This document shows, piece by piece, positions 18,190 through 30,000 of a DNA stretch of 64,000 nt (position 1 is its first letter; every line of letters starts with the position of its first letter). The notes under the pieces are model-generated. The model worked only from the letters and a program-made list of their open reading frames with translations. It ran no database searches and had not been told where the DNA came from. Position numbers and translations under genes: made by a program. The DNA is from Nitrospirota bacterium. Its GTDB lineage: Bacteria; Nitrospirota; UBA9217. The stretch lies in assembly GCA_963790205.1 (NCBI GenBank), contig CAWBNQ010000005.1:64001-128000 (forward strand). Direction: 5' to 3'.

Positions 18190-18618
18190 CTATACCTTTT
18201 CCATCTCTCGAATGCGTTTCCTTATTTCGTCGGGCAGGGAGGTCTTTCTGCCTTCGCGGTAATCGTACATGACAATCACCCCTTCTCCTTCCGCGGCAAT
18301 CGCCTTATGGCGGCGACTTACGACCGCATGTCTCATGGTGAACCGGTCTTCTTCCAGCGCGACTATTTTTGCTCCCACGGAAACAATATCGGGATAGGTG
18401 AGCGGCAGCTTGTACCTGCAGCTCACGGATCCCAGGATCGGGCCGATGCCGGTCCGTTCTTTATATGCGTGCAGCCCCAGCTTCTCGGAATACACGATGC
18501 GGGCATTTTCGAAGTATCGGAAGTAGACGATGTTGTTGACGTGCTGGAACGCGTCCATCTCTCCCCAGGCAACGGGGAATTCGATGACGACCGGGTAGCT
18601 TTCTAATACATGGTCCAT
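18190..18618 (-). CDS. acyl-CoA thioesterase (hotdog fold, 4HBT-like)
   Basis: WGEMDAFQHVNNIVYFRYFENAR; upstream TTGACA-N17-CATACT promoter at 18661-18689. Confidence 0.9.
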   Translation of the reverse strand: MDHVLESYPVVIEFPVAWGEMDAFQHVNNIVYFRYFENARIVYSEKLGLHAYKERTGIGPILGSVSCRYKLPLTYPDIVSVGAKIVALEEDRFTMRHAVVSRRHKAIAAEGEGVIVMYDYREGRKTSLPDEIRKRIREMEKV

Positions 18619-18810
18619 GTCTGTCTTCTCCGGCGACACCATTGGAAAGCTCGCGGACGTAGTATGGAGTAACCGGCTCTCCTTGTCAAGAGGCGATCCT
18701 TGTCGGTCCCTGTGTCGATCTCGCTTGATTGGTCCCGGGTTCGGCAGGGCGCGGGCGGGGACGTTCCCTGAGATTGAACTCGGTGAAGCTCATTCCTCAA
18801 GAAAAGAGAA

Positions 18811-21800
18811 CTACCCCAGCGACACCGCGCCGGCGCCCAGCACGGACTCGATCTCGCTGATGAGCTGCTCAGTGGGGTTGACGCGGAGCTCCCTGCCCAC
18901 GGAGATGAGGGACTCCTTGCGCGAGGGGTTTTGGAGGCGGAGGTAGACGGGGACGGCGCCCTGATAGCGGAGAAGAATTTCCTTCACCTTGAGGAGGTCG
19001 TCCTGGGTCAGGCCGGTGGCGCTGAAACGGATGTCCATCCTGGTCGTGCCCTTCTTTTTTACCTCGGTAAGGAGATGGACGCGCACGGCCTTGATCTTGT
19101 TTCCCTGTTCGCTCTTGTCGAGCTGGCCCGCGACGATGAGCGGCGTGTCGGTCAAGAGCATGTGGTGCGCCGACTTGTACAGGTCGGGGAACACGACGAC
19201 CTCGACAGTGCCCGAGAGGTCTTCGAGGTCCAGGATCGCCATCTTTTCCTGGCTCTTTTTGGTGATTTTCAGCTTCATGCCCGCGATAATGCCGCAGATG
19301 GTCACGTCTTTGCCGTCCTGAACGCCGTCGAGGGTCTCGGTCGTCACAGTGGCGTAGCGGGCCACATCGGCCTGAAACGCGGCCAGAGGATGGCCGGAAA
19401 GGTAAAAACCCACGCTTTCTTTCTCATAGGCCAGCAGCTGGCTCTCTTTCCATTCGGGAACATCGGGAAGGACGGGCTCCTGGTGCGTGTCCAGGGAATC
19501 GAAGATGCTGAACTGGCCGATCGACTCCTGCTCCTGGTGCTTGCTCCCCTGGTCGATGAGCATATCCAGGCCGTCCAGCATCTGCGCCCTGCGGACGCCG
19601 CTGAAATCGAAGGCCCCGCACTTGATGAGCGCTTCGATCACGCGCCGGTTCACCCTGCGCTGGTCCACCTTCTTGCAGAAGTCCGTGAGGGACGTGTATG
19701 CGCCCTTTGTTTCCCGGGCTTCGATGATCGCCTCGATGGCGGAGAGGCCCACGTTCTTGACCGCTGCGAGGCCGAAGCGGATGGAGCCGATGGTGCTGCC
19801 GGGCTCCACGGTCTCCCGGTCGTGCGCCTCGACCACGGTGAAGTCCCACATGCTTTTGTTCGCATCGGGCGGCAGGATGTCGATGCCCATCTGGCGCGTT
19901 TCGTGGATGTACTTTACCACCTTGTCCGTGTCCTGGACTTCGCTCGTGAGCAGGGCGGCCATGTATTCCACGGGATAGTGGGCCTTCAGGAACGCGGTCT
20001 GGTACGAGATCAGCGCATAGGCCGCGCTGTGGGACTTGTTGAACCCGTATTCCGCGAACTTGGCCATGAGGTCGAAGATCGCCTCGGCCTTTTTCACGTT
20101 GACCCCTTGTTTCTTCGCCCCCTCGAGGAAAGGGACCTTCTCCTTGGCCATGACCTCGGGGTCCTTCTTTCCCATGGCGCGGCGCAACAGGTCGGCTCCG
20201 CCCAGGGAATAACCCGCCAGGGAGCGAGCGATCTGCATCACCTGCTCCTGGTACACGATGACGCCGTACGTGTCCTTGAGGATCGGCTCGAGCTGGGGCA
20301 GCTCGTACGATATCTTCTCCGCGCCTTTCTTGCGCTTGATGAAGACGTCGACCATGCCGCTGCCGAGCGGGCCCGGTCGGTAGAGCGCACCGAGCGCGAT
20401 CAAGTCTTCGAAGCACTGGGGCTTCATCTTGATCATGATGTCCCGCATGCCCGAGGATTCGAACTGGAACACGCCGGCCGTCTCGCCGCGGGACAGGAGC
20501 TCATAGGTCTTCACGTCGTCCAGGGGAATGCGGTTGATGAAGAACTGTTCGGCATCAACGAGCGGGGCCTTTTGCAGGCGCTGGTTGATCGTTTCAACGG
20601 CCTTGTTGATGACGGTGAGCGTGCGGAGACCGAGGAAGTCGAACTTGACGAGGCCGATCTTCTCCACGCCTTTCATGTCGAACTGGGTCGTAATTTCGTT
20701 CTTCGGGCCCTTGTAGAGCGGCAGATACTCCGTCAGCGGCTCCTGGGAGATCACGACGCCCGCCGCGTGTTTGGACGCATGCCTGACCTGGCCTTCGAGA
20801 TGGAGCGCGATATCGATGAGCTCGGCCATGCGCGGGTCTTTCATCAGCTCCTTGAACTTCGGCTCCTGTTTCATGGCCTCGTTCAGGGTGATGTTCAGCG
20901 TGTTCGGCACAAGCTTGGCGACCTTGTCCACCTCGGAGTAGGGGATATCGAGCACGCGGCCCACATCGCGGATAACGCCTTTGGCCATCATGGTCCCGTA
21001 GGTGATGATCTGGGTCACGTGGTCCTGGCCGTACTTCTCGATGACGTATTTGAAGACCTCGTCGCGGCGGTCCATGCAGAAGTCCACGTCGATATCAGGC
21101 ATGCTGATACGCTCCGGGTTCAGGAAGCGCTCGAACAGCAGGTTATAGGGCAGGGGGTCGAGGTCCGTGATCCGGAGCGAATACGCCACGAGGCTGCCGG
21201 CTGCCGAGCCGCGGCCCGGCCCCACGGGGATGCCGTGCTCTTTGGCGTAGCGGATGAAGTCCCAGACGATGAGAAAGTAACCGGCAAAGCCCATCTTGCC
21301 CAACATGTCGATCTCGAATTCGAGGCGCTGCTTGTAGACCTCCGGGTCGAAGCTCTCTTTCCCGCGCACGGCCTCGATCTCGTGGAACCGTTCCTCAAGC
21401 CCTTTGCGCGCAAGCTCGGCCATGTAGGATTCGCGGGTGTAGCCTTCGGGCACGGGGAAATGGGGCAGATGGTACGTGCCCAGGTCCATCTCCAGGTTGC
21501 AGCGCTCGGCGATGGCCACGGTGTTCGAGATGGCCTCGGGCACATGGGCGAAGGACTTCTTCATCTCTTCCGGAGTTTTTACGTAAAAGGTTTCCGACGA
21601 GAACCTCATGCGGTTCTCGTCCTTTACGATCTTGCCGGTCTGGATGCAGAGCAGGGCGTCGTGGGCCTTGTGGTCCTCCTTGTTGAGATAATGGCAATCG
21701 TTGGTCGCCACGAGCGGGATGCCCGTGTCCCGGGAGAGGCGGATCAGTTCCTTATTTGCCTGGTACTGTTCGGGGATGCCGTTGTCCTGGAGTTCGAGGT

Positions 21801-22330
21801 AGAAATTTCCATTGCCCAGGATTCGCCGATAGTCTTCGGCGACTTTTTTGGCATCGTCGTACCGGCCCTGGAGCAGGAGCGTCGGGATCTCGCCCGACAA
21901 ACAGGCGGACATGCCGATCAGCCCCTCGCTGTGCGCGGCCGAGAAGCTCTTTGTCGATCCGGGGACGGTAGTAGAAGCCTTCGAGATAGGCGGCGGTCAC
22001 GAGCTTGACGAGGTTCTTGTAGCCCGCCTTGTTCATGGCCAGGAGCAGCAGATGGTACGAGGCCTCTTCATGCCGGCCGGCCGGCTGGCTTTTGTCCATC
22101 CGGGAGCCCGGGGCGACATAGGTTTCGCAGCCGATGATCGGCTTGATGCCCGCTTTCGTGGCCTTGAGATAGAAATCGAGGGCGCCGAAGAGGTTGCCGT
22201 GGTCCGTCACCGCGATGGCAGGCATGTGAAGGTCGATGGCCTTTTTTATGAGGGCGTCGAGGGAATTAGCCCCGTCGAGCAGGCTGTATTCGGTGTGAAG
22301 GTGCAGATGGACGAAATCGGCATGATGCAT
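18811..22330 (-). CDS. dnaE: DNA polymerase III alpha subunit, frameshift near 21940
   Basis: FVHLHLHTEYSLLDG PHP domain, GPGRGSAAGS, MPDIDVDF, YGFNKSHS; two ORFs join after removing one base. Confidence 0.95.
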
Positions 22331-22351
22331 AGATTAAAACCAGGAAAATAA

Positions 22352-22423
22352 GAAGTTGGGAGGTTAGGAAGATGCAGGAAGGCGGGTGTTTTCAACTTCA
22401 AAACTTCCCATCTTCCAAACTTC
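22352..22423. repeat. periodic inverted-repeat element (8-nt GAAGxTxG units)
   Basis: GAAGTTGG GAGGTTAG GAAGATGC ... CAACTTC AAAACTTC CCATCTTC CAAACTTC. Confidence 0.65.
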
Positions 22424-22438
22424 ATGGTTTATAAATAA

Positions 22439-22514
22439 TGGAGGCGGCGATCGGATTTGAACCGATGAATGAAGGTTTTGCAGACCTCTGCCTTAGCCAC
22501 TTGGCTACGCCGCC
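22439..22514 (-). tRNA. tRNA-Cys(GCA)
   Basis: cloverleaf GGCGGCG..CT-GCA-AA..TTCAAAT..CGCCGCCTCCA. Confidence 0.95.
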
Positions 22515-22525
22515 CTGAAAAAACA

Positions 22526-22580
22526 AAAAAGTTAAAAGTTAAAAGAGGAAATGCTGCCGATACTTTTAACTTTTAACTTT
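22526..22580. repeat. periodic inverted-repeat element (7-nt AAAAGTT units) between the tRNAs
   Basis: AAAAGTTAAAAGTTAAAAG ... CTTTTAACTTTTAACTTT. Confidence 0.75.
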
Positions 22581-22594
22581 CCCGGGAAAAGCTA

Positions 22595-22670
22595 TGGAGC
22601 GGGTGGCGAGACTCGAACTCGTGACCCCAACCTTGGCAAGGTTGTGCTCTACCAACTGAGCTACACCCGC
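22595..22670 (-). tRNA. tRNA-Gly(GCC)
   Basis: GCGGGTGTAGCTCAG..TT-GCC-AA..TTCGAGT..CACCCGCTCCA. Confidence 0.95.
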
Positions 22671-22698
22671 AGTATGTTTCTGCGTTTAAGACTTTGCA

Positions 22699-22727
22699 AA
22701 TATAACAAAGTGGCCTGTCCTTGTCAA
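22699..22727 (-). promoter_or_regulatory. promoter for tRNA-Gly and tRNA-Cys (possibly dnaE)
   Basis: TTGACA-N17-TATATT with extended TG on the minus strand. Confidence 0.65.
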
Positions 22728-22837
22728 TACAAAATTCTATGAAATGTCATGATCAGCGATGCGCTTGACGGGGGCCACGCTACTGTGGTAAGTTATCTTA
22801 TGAGGAAACAACACGTTTACGGAGGAGAATATCGCAG

Positions 22838-23692
22838 ATGAACACAGTTAAAACAGTCGGTTTAATGACCTTTATGATGGTGCTGTTCGTGGCCATCGGC
22901 GGGGCCTTGGGAGGAAGGGGCGGCATGGTCATGGCCATTATGATCGCCACGGTCATGAACGTCGGGATGTACTGGTTCAGCGACAAGCTCGTGCTCAGGA
23001 TGTATAAGGCAGAGCCCGTGACCGAGGCCCAGGCCCCGGAGCTCTATTCCATCGTGCGCACGCTCGTCCAGAAGGCCGGCATGCCCATGCCCAAGGTCTA
23101 TATCATGCCGGAAGAGACGCCGAACGCCTTTGCAACGGGCAGGAACCCGGAGCATGCGGTCGTTGCGGTGACGCAGGGCATCATGCGGATCCTGTCCCGC
23201 GAGGAGTTGACCGGCGTAATCTCCCATGAGCTGGCGCATATCAGGCACCGGGACATGCTCACCGGCACCATCGTGGCAACCATCGCGGGCGCGATCAGCA
23301 TGCTTGCCCAGATGGCCCAATGGGCCATGATCTTCGGCGGCGGCAGCAGGCGGGACAACGACGAGGGCGGCAGCCCCATTGTTGCGCTCGTCATGATGAT
23401 CGTGGCGCCCATTGCCGCCATGCTCGTCCAGATGGCCATCTCCCGCACCCGGGAGTACGAGGCCGACAAGGGCGGCGCGGCACTGTCGGGAAATCCCGCG
23501 TGGCTGGCCAATGCGCTCCTCAAGCTTGAGCGCGGCAACCAGGTCGTTCCCATGGATGACGCCAAACCGGCCACGGCCCATATGTTCATTGTGAACCCGC
23601 TTCACGGAGGCGGGATGATGAACCTTTTCAGCACCCATCCGCCGATCGCCGAGAGGGTGAAGCGGCTGAACGAGATGGCGCGGGGAAGATAA
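22838..23692 (+). CDS. htpX: zinc metalloprotease HtpX
   Basis: [28 protein letters not shown]. Confidence 0.95.
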   Translation: MNTVKTVGLMTFMMVLFVAIGGALGGRGGMVMAIMIATVMNVGMYWFSDKLVLRMYKAEPVTEAQAPELYSIVRTLVQKAGMPMPKVYIMPEETPNAFATGRNPEHAVVAVTQGIMRILSREELTGVISHELAHIRHRDMLTGTIVATIAGAISMLAQMAQWAMIFGGGSRRDNDEGGSPIVALVMMIVAPIAAMLVQMAISRTREYEADKGGAALSGNPAWLANALLKLERGNQVVPMDDAKPATAHMFIVNPLHGGGMMNLFSTHPPIAERVKRLNEMARGR

Positions 23693-23762
23693 GGGAACTC
23701 GGATTGAGGAATTAATCTTCAAGGCGGATCCCGTAAACTTCTTTTCCATGATCGCACCAGCA

Positions 23763-23796
23763 GGGGCCGGGAGGAAATCCCAGGCCCTTTTTTTTC
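23763..23796 (+). terminator. intrinsic terminator
   Basis: GGGCC-GGGA..TCCC-A-GGCCC followed by T8. Confidence 0.75.
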
Positions 23797-23944
23797 GTGA
23801 AAACGAGACAGAAGACTGCTGTTCGCATGAGCAATTTCGGGGCGCCTGCAGGACCGCAACCTTCTCACGATCAGGTCTTTAAAACTCCCCACGGTCCAAT
23901 CTGCAGTGCTTGATAAAGGACCGGAGGGTGGAGAGGCTTATTCC

Positions 23945-24826
23945 ATGGCATTCCTTTTTCGCATCAAATCGCGCCGGGCTTTCTGGACCACGGTCGCTCT
24001 GTGCATGCTCACACCCGGCCTCCTGTCAGTCGCCGACATGCTCAGCGCAGAAGAACGGACAACAGTCTTTCTTCCGTCGCGCATCCAGGCGTTCCGTCCC
24101 GGAGAATCGCTGACGTACGACATCAGCTGGTCAAACATCGTAACCGCAGGGACGGCGATCATGGAGGTCAAACAGGAGATGACGCCGGACCATAAGGAGC
24201 TCCTCCGGTTTATCGTAACATCGCGCACGGCGGGTATCATGGACAAGCTCTACCCCCTGGGCGATACGATCTGGAGCGTCTTCGACCCGCAGATCATGCA
24301 AAGCCTCTCGTTCAGCCTTACAGCGAGCCGCGGCAAGAGAACGAGACGCAGCAGGCTGGTCTTCGATCATGCACGAAAAACAGCGGTCAGCACAACGAAC
24401 GACGACCCACCGGAGACCATAGCCATCCCTGACCAGGTGCAGGACACCCTGTCCGCGCTCTACTATCTCCGTACAAGAAAGGACCTCGACAGCGGCAGAC
24501 CCATTACCTTCGAAGTCTGTGACCACGGCAAGACCTGGCCCGTTGCGGTCCAGACCGTGGGCAGGGAGAAGGTGCAAACGCGCGCAGGGAAGTTCTCTAC
24601 GCTCAAAGTCAGGGCCCAGAAGGGTCTCTTTATGAGCGAGGGGGAGATATTCATCTGGTTCACTGACGACAGCAGAAAGGTCCCGGTGCTCATAAAAAGC
24701 ACGGTTTCCATCGGATCACTTGTGTTCACCCTTAGGGAGATGAAAACCGCAGAAACGGTGCATGAGCGGAGACGCGGAGACGCCGGCGCTGAGGGAGAGA
24801 CGGGAACTTTGAAACGGGACGAATAG
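23945..24826 (+). CDS. DUF3108-domain exported protein
   Basis: PGESLTYDISW, QDTLSALYYLR, IWFTDDSRKVPV; signal peptide. Confidence 0.8.
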   Translation: MAFLFRIKSRRAFWTTVALCMLTPGLLSVADMLSAEERTTVFLPSRIQAFRPGESLTYDISWSNIVTAGTAIMEVKQEMTPDHKELLRFIVTSRTAGIMDKLYPLGDTIWSVFDPQIMQSLSFSLTASRGKRTRRSRLVFDHARKTAVSTTNDDPPETIAIPDQVQDTLSALYYLRTRKDLDSGRPITFEVCDHGKTWPVAVQTVGREKVQTRAGKFSTLKVRAQKGLFMSEGEIFIWFTDDSRKVPVLIKSTVSIGSLVFTLREMKTAETVHERRRGDAGAEGETGTLKRDE

Positions 24827-25001
24827 CGCAGAGAGGGCTATCCGGGGAAAACGCTATACTGTCGAGAAAGCTTTTCTCCATATAATAGTCCGGCCTCTCG
24901 ATCATTTTGCGCACATCATCTACCTATCTTTTTTCTGTTTGACGACGGTTCTTATCCTGTCCTGAAGTTAAACTTATGTCCGCACGCTTCCAATAATAGA
25001 G

Positions 25002-25023
25002 GTCTATATAAACACCTATAGAC
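25002..25023. promoter_or_regulatory. palindromic operator-like site
   Basis: GTCTATA-N8-TATAGAC upstream of the cytochrome c gene. Confidence 0.45.
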
Positions 25024-25169
25024 TATTTTTTGCGCTCCCGGAGCAATCACGTCAAGTGGATATCCAATCACTGTGTTATACTAAAAAACAATAAGTGATA
25101 CTATCGTCTTAAGACCGGAGCATTGCTTCGGTACGTTCTATCATGATCCAGGAAAACGGGGGGATGGCT

Positions 25170-25493
25170 ATGAAGACGAGAGCATTCCCAGTGATCGCAA
25201 CACTCTGTCTGGTGTTGTCCGCAGGTATCACCGGCGTCTTTGTCGCGGGTGGCGGAGGCATGACGTACACGCCGCCGAACGCCAAACCGGTGGTCTTTAG
25301 TCATGAAGAACACGTCAATGTAAAGGAATTATGATGCAGCGCCTGTCATAACCATACGTTCCAGATGGGCAAGGACGAGGACAAGATAGACATGAGCAAA
25401 ATGACCAAGAGCCTCTTCTGCGGGCGCTGCCACAATGGGGTGAAAAGCTTTGACGTCAAGGACAAGACGAACTGCGTGCGGTGCCACAAGTAG
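25170..25493 (+). pseudogene. triheme cytochrome c (c7-like) interrupted by in-frame TGA at 25332-25334
   Basis: signal peptide, VVFSHEEH, then *CSACH, CGRCH and CVRCH in the same frame. Confidence 0.75.
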
Positions 25494-25589
25494 CTGGTCT
25501 TCCCGACGCTTCTCATTTCCCGATCTTTTATTAACAGGCAGTTGACGCGAAAAAAATCAGATTTCCATAAACAGGGGACAAGTGCAACT

Positions 25590-25626
25590 AAAAAACCCCG
25601 CCTTTGATATAAAGGCGGGGTTTTTT
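25590..25626. terminator. bidirectional intrinsic terminator
   Basis: AAAAAACCCCGCCTTT-GATAT-AAAGGCGGGGTTTTTT between convergent genes. Confidence 0.9.
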
Positions 25627-25668
25627 AGTTATTGAAGATCGTCTCCCACAGCGGGAGAGGAGAAGTAT

Positions 25669-26277
25669 TTACAGCTTGCCAATCTCTTTCATCCACTTGG
25701 GATACTTTTTTCTGGCGAATTCCACGGGGACCGTGCCGTAGATCATGATCCGAAAGGTGCCGGGGTTGGCCAGGGTCCCGAGGTAGATGTGGGCCGGCAC
25801 GCCGACCACGAACAGGATAAAGGCCAGGTTATGGACCAGATGCGACACGAGCGTCAGCGTCCGGTGTCCCTGGATGAACCAGATGGAAAAACCGGATGCC
25901 GCTATCGCCAAGCCAGCAGCCAGGACCATGAGATAATAGAGCTTCTGGCCCGTATTCAGCTTTCCCATGGGCGGGGCTTTTACCGGACCTTTGGACAAAT
26001 ATCCGCCTCCCATCTTGATCCAGTTCCAGTCGTCCCTGCTCAGACTGATCGATTCTTGGAGATAGTTGAAGATCGTGGCAAAAAGGGAGGCGGTAAACAC
26101 CACGCCCGCCCAGTTATGCACGGCCCTCATGACGTTGAAACTTCCGAACAGGGCGTTCATCTGCTTGAGCTGGAACAGGAACCCGTACCCGGTGATGATC
26201 AGGAGGATGCAGCTCACGGCCAAAAGCCAGTGATTGATGATCTCTTCCGTACTTGCTTTTCTCACCATCTCGCTCAT
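25669..26277 (-). CDS. fdnI: formate dehydrogenase gamma subunit (cytochrome b)
   Basis: NHW, VHNWAG, GKLNTGQK, HLVH and AHIY heme-ligand pattern; four TM helices. Confidence 0.88.
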   Translation of the reverse strand: MSEMVRKASTEEIINHWLLAVSCILLIITGYGFLFQLKQMNALFGSFNVMRAVHNWAGVVFTASLFATIFNYLQESISLSRDDWNWIKMGGGYLSKGPVKAPPMGKLNTGQKLYYLMVLAAGLAIAASGFSIWFIQGHRTLTLVSHLVHNLAFILFVVGVPAHIYLGTLANPGTFRIMIYGTVPVEFARKKYPKWMKEIGKL

Positions 26278-27050
26278 GATTTTTTCACCTCCTCGTCATC
26301 CGTATGGGGCCCGATGGCCACATAGTGCAACAGCGCGCCGGCAACAACGCCTCCGAGACCGATGACGGCCAGCGGCTTAAGGACATTGTGCCAGAAAATG
26401 ACGCTCTCGGGAATGTTCGGTTTGTCAGCGTAGCCGTAGAGCTTCGGAGCGTCCTTGAACGCGAAGATCGATCCCAGCCCTCCCAAATCCGCTTCTCCGT
26501 AGATCTTGCCGTAGCCGGCCTGCTTCGCCTGGGCAATAAGCTGGTCACGGTCGCCGAACTTGAGGGCGCCCGTGGGGCAGGTCTTGGTACAGGCCGGTTG
26601 CAGGCCCTCGGCGATCCGGTCGAAGCAGAGATGGCATTTAGCTATCTTTCCGTCCTTGTCGTAGCGGGGCACGTCGAAGGGGCAGCCCGCAACGCAAAGC
26701 TTGCACCCGATGCACTTGTCGCGGTCGAAGGCGACTGCGCCTTCCTTGGTCCGGTAGAGCGCTCCCGGCGCGGGACAGATCTTCATGCATCCCGCGTCGT
26801 CACAGTGCATGCACCGCCGGCTTACGAAGAGCCACCGTACGGGGTTCGTCTCCGACGGGATCTCGCTGTAGCGGATCATGTTGTAGTCGACCGGCGCGAG
26901 GTCCGGGGGGTTCTGCATGGTGCCGGTGTTTTTCGTCTTCATGCCCGGAAGCTGGTTCCAGGCCTTGCATGCTGTCTGGCAGCCACGGCACCCGATGCAG
27001 ACCTCGGGGGTAACGAGTATTGCCTTTCTTTTGATCGTCGTATTCGTCAT
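26274..27050 (-). CDS. fdnH: formate dehydrogenase beta subunit (4x[4Fe-4S])
   Basis: CIGCRGCQTAC, CMHCDDAGC..CP, CIGCKLC..CP, CHLC..PACTKTCP; C-terminal TM. Confidence 0.9.
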   Translation of the reverse strand: MTNTTIKRKAILVTPEVCIGCRGCQTACKAWNQLPGMKTKNTGTMQNPPDLAPVDYNMIRYSEIPSETNPVRWLFVSRRCMHCDDAGCMKICPAPGALYRTKEGAVAFDRDKCIGCKLCVAGCPFDVPRYDKDGKIAKCHLCFDRIAEGLQPACTKTCPTGALKFGDRDQLIAQAKQAGYGKIYGEADLGGLGSIFAFKDAPKLYGYADKPNIPESVIFWHNVLKPLAVIGLGGVVAGALLHYVAIGPHTDDEEVKKS

Positions 27051-27060
27051 GGTTCACCCC

Positions 27061-30000
27061 CTATGCCTTCCGGACATTGACCATAAAGGCCTTTGTCTCG
27101 GGGATCATGGTATTTGCGTCGCCCACGGTCGGCGTGAGCAGATTGGCGCTCTCGCCGCCGCTGCCGTCCTCTGGATACTGCCAGCCGAAGTGCCAGGGCA
27201 TGCCCACCTGGTGGACGGTGGAGCCGCCTATTTTAAACGGCTTCAGCCGGTTCGTTACCACGGCTACGGCCCAGAGCTCGCCGCGGCCCGACGAGACGAT
27301 GACCTTGTCGCCGTCGTTGATGCTCTTTTCCTTTGCCAGCTCCTCGCTCAGTTCCAGGAACATCTGGGGCTGCATCTCGAGCTGCCAAGGCTCGTGTCGC
27401 GTCATGACACCGGTCTGCCAGTGTTCCGAAACCCGGTACGTGGTCGCCACAAAGGGATACCGCACGTCGCAGGAGAAGTAGGCGTCTTCTTTCTCCTCGA
27501 AGAGCTTGATCGTGGGGTTGATGCGCTGCTTGGAAATGAGGTTTGCCTCGATCGGGCATTCCAGGGCCTCGTAATGCTCGGGGAAGGGGCCGTCGGCCAT
27601 GCCGGGGCCGAAGATCGCACCCACGCCCGTGGCCATCATGATGAACGGGTATTTGCCTTTTTCCGTTGCCATGGGCGGCGCGGGTCCGTCGGGCACATCG
27701 CCCACCCATACGCCGGGTTTTTTCGTGACCGGGTCCGGCTTGACCGGGTCCCACTTGATGGCCGGCCGCCTGGGGTCCCAGGGCTTGCCATGGGGATCGA
27801 CGGAAGCGCGGTTGTAGATGATCCTGCGGTTTACCGGCCATGCCCAGGACCATTCAGGGTACATGCCCAGACCCGTCGGGTCGCTCTTGCCCCTGCGCGC
27901 CATCATATTGATGACCTTGCCTTCTTTCTGCGTGTAGCTCTGGGAATAGATCCAGTTGCCGCAGGATGTGGTGCCGTCGGCCTGCAAATGGACGAAGGAA
28001 GCGCAGAGGTCGCCTTTTTTCCCGAGGAGTTTAGGAGGCGTGACGCTCTTGTCGTACACGTCTTCAAGATAGTAGCCGTTGATCTCTTTGGCCACGTTAT
28101 GGATGTTGACTTCCTTGACCTTTCCACCAGGCCCTTTTTCCCCGTAGTTCCAGGTGAGGTTCATGATGGGCGCCGGAAACTTTCCTTTCTGCTTTTGGTA
28201 AAGGTTCTTTACCCTGAAGTAGAGCTCGTTCATGATTTCCGAGTCAGGCTTGGACTGGCCGATCGGATCAATGGCCCTGTACCGCCACTGCGCCCACCGG
28301 CCCGAGTTGGAGATGCTTCCTTCCTTTTCCACGGACGATGCAGCGGGGAGCAGGAAAACCTCGGTCTGGACATCCTTCGGGTTTAAGCCTGGGCCTTTCC
28401 AGAATGAGCCGGTCTCATTGTCAAAGAGGTTGACGTTTACCATCCATTTGAGTTTAGCCAGCGCACTTCTCGTCTTGTTCGAATTGGCGCCCGAGCAGGC
28501 CGGGTTCTGGCCCCAGGCGAAAAAGCCCTCGAATTGGCCCTTGTTCATCTTGTCGAACAGCACAAGCCACGAAGCGTTCATGCCTTCATCGAGCTTCGGG
28601 AGCAAGGAGTAACCGAAATCGTTGTCCTTGTGCGCCGCGTTGCCGTAGATCGCCTTTAGGTAGCTCGTGATGTATTTCCCGCGGTTTGACCACCAGTTCA
28701 CGCTTTTGGGGTCCTTCGTCTTCGGCGTGTATATCTCGATATAAGACTTGAGATCGATAATAGGCCCTGTTGGGGTCGGAAGATATCCAGTGAGCGTGTT
28801 GAACAGGAGGCCATGATCGGTTGATCCCTGGACATTGCTTTCGCCGCGGAGCGCGTTGATGCCGCCGCCCGACATTCCCATGTTGCCGAGGAGAAGCTGG
28901 ATGATGCACATGGCCCGGATGTTCTGCGTACCGATGGTATGCTGGGTCCAGCCCATGGCGTAGAGCTCGGTGCCGACCTTGTTCGGCCTGCCGGTTGATG
29001 CGTAGAGCTTGTAGACTTCAACAAGCTTTTCCTTCGGCGTTCCGGTGATGTCCGAAACCTTATCGAGCGTGTACCGGGCATACTGCTTCTTCAGGAGCCG
29101 GAACACACAGTGCGGATTCTGGAGCGTGTGGTCCTTCTTCGGAATGCCGTTCTCGTCCATCTGGAACGACCAGGTCTTCTTGTCGTATTTCCGGGTCTTT
29201 TGGTCATAGCCGGAGAACAAGCCGTTCAAATCACCGGCAGTCTTGAAATCGGGGTTCACGAGGAACGGGGCATTGGTGTATTCGGTAACGTATTCCCTGA
29301 AGTAAAGATTGTTGTCGAGGATGTATTTGATCATCCCGCCCAAGAAGGCGATGTCCGTGCCCGAGCGCATGGGCGCGTAGAGATCGGCCTTTGCCGCCGT
29401 CCGGGTGAAGCGCGGGTCGACGACGATGAGCTTGGCCCCGCGCTTTTCCCTTGCTTCCTTCACCCATTTCATCGAGATGGGATGGTTCTCTGCCGGGTTC
29501 GACCCCATAACGAGGATAACATCTGCGTTTCTAATATCGATCCAGTGGTTCGTCATTGCACCGCGCCCGAACGACTCTCCCAGAGCCGCTACCGTAGCGG
29601 AGTGTCAGATACGCGCCTGGTGTTCTATGTATACCAGTCCCCATGACCTTAACATTTTTTGGAGCATGTAGCATTCTTCATTGTCCAGGGCCGCGCTTCC
29701 CACATGGGCAATGCCGTCGGTCCTGTTAACCACGAAGTCCTTTTCAACATCTTTTTCCGTGCCGTCAGCCGTCTTTTCCTTTACCTTGGATTTCGACGTG
29801 ATTTTGAAGGTCCTGTCGCGGGTGTCCTTCACTCTCTTGGCGATCTCGTCGAGCGCCCAGTCCCATTCAACTTCCTTGAACTCCGCTGCGCCCGGGGCAC
29901 GGTATTTCGGCTTGGTGAGCCGGAGGGGATTGTTGATGATCTGGTAGAGCGATGAGCCTTTGGAGCAGAGCGTGCCCTCATTGATGGGATGGTCGGGGTC

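Noticed and set aside
18931..22008. 1025-aa plus-strand ORF, and similar long antisense ORFs (31681-33303, 26917-28386, 45262-46512)
   Set aside because: Shadow frames opposite well-supported GC-rich genes; no recognisable motifs.
21752..22330. Split dnaE as programmed frameshift or split intein
   Set aside because: A single extra base restores the frame; no intein motifs or slippery site; matches the window-wide error pattern.
22606..22628. A-C mismatch at the base of the tRNA-Gly T-stem
   Set aside because: A single mismatch in an otherwise canonical tRNA; not enough to call it defective or edited.
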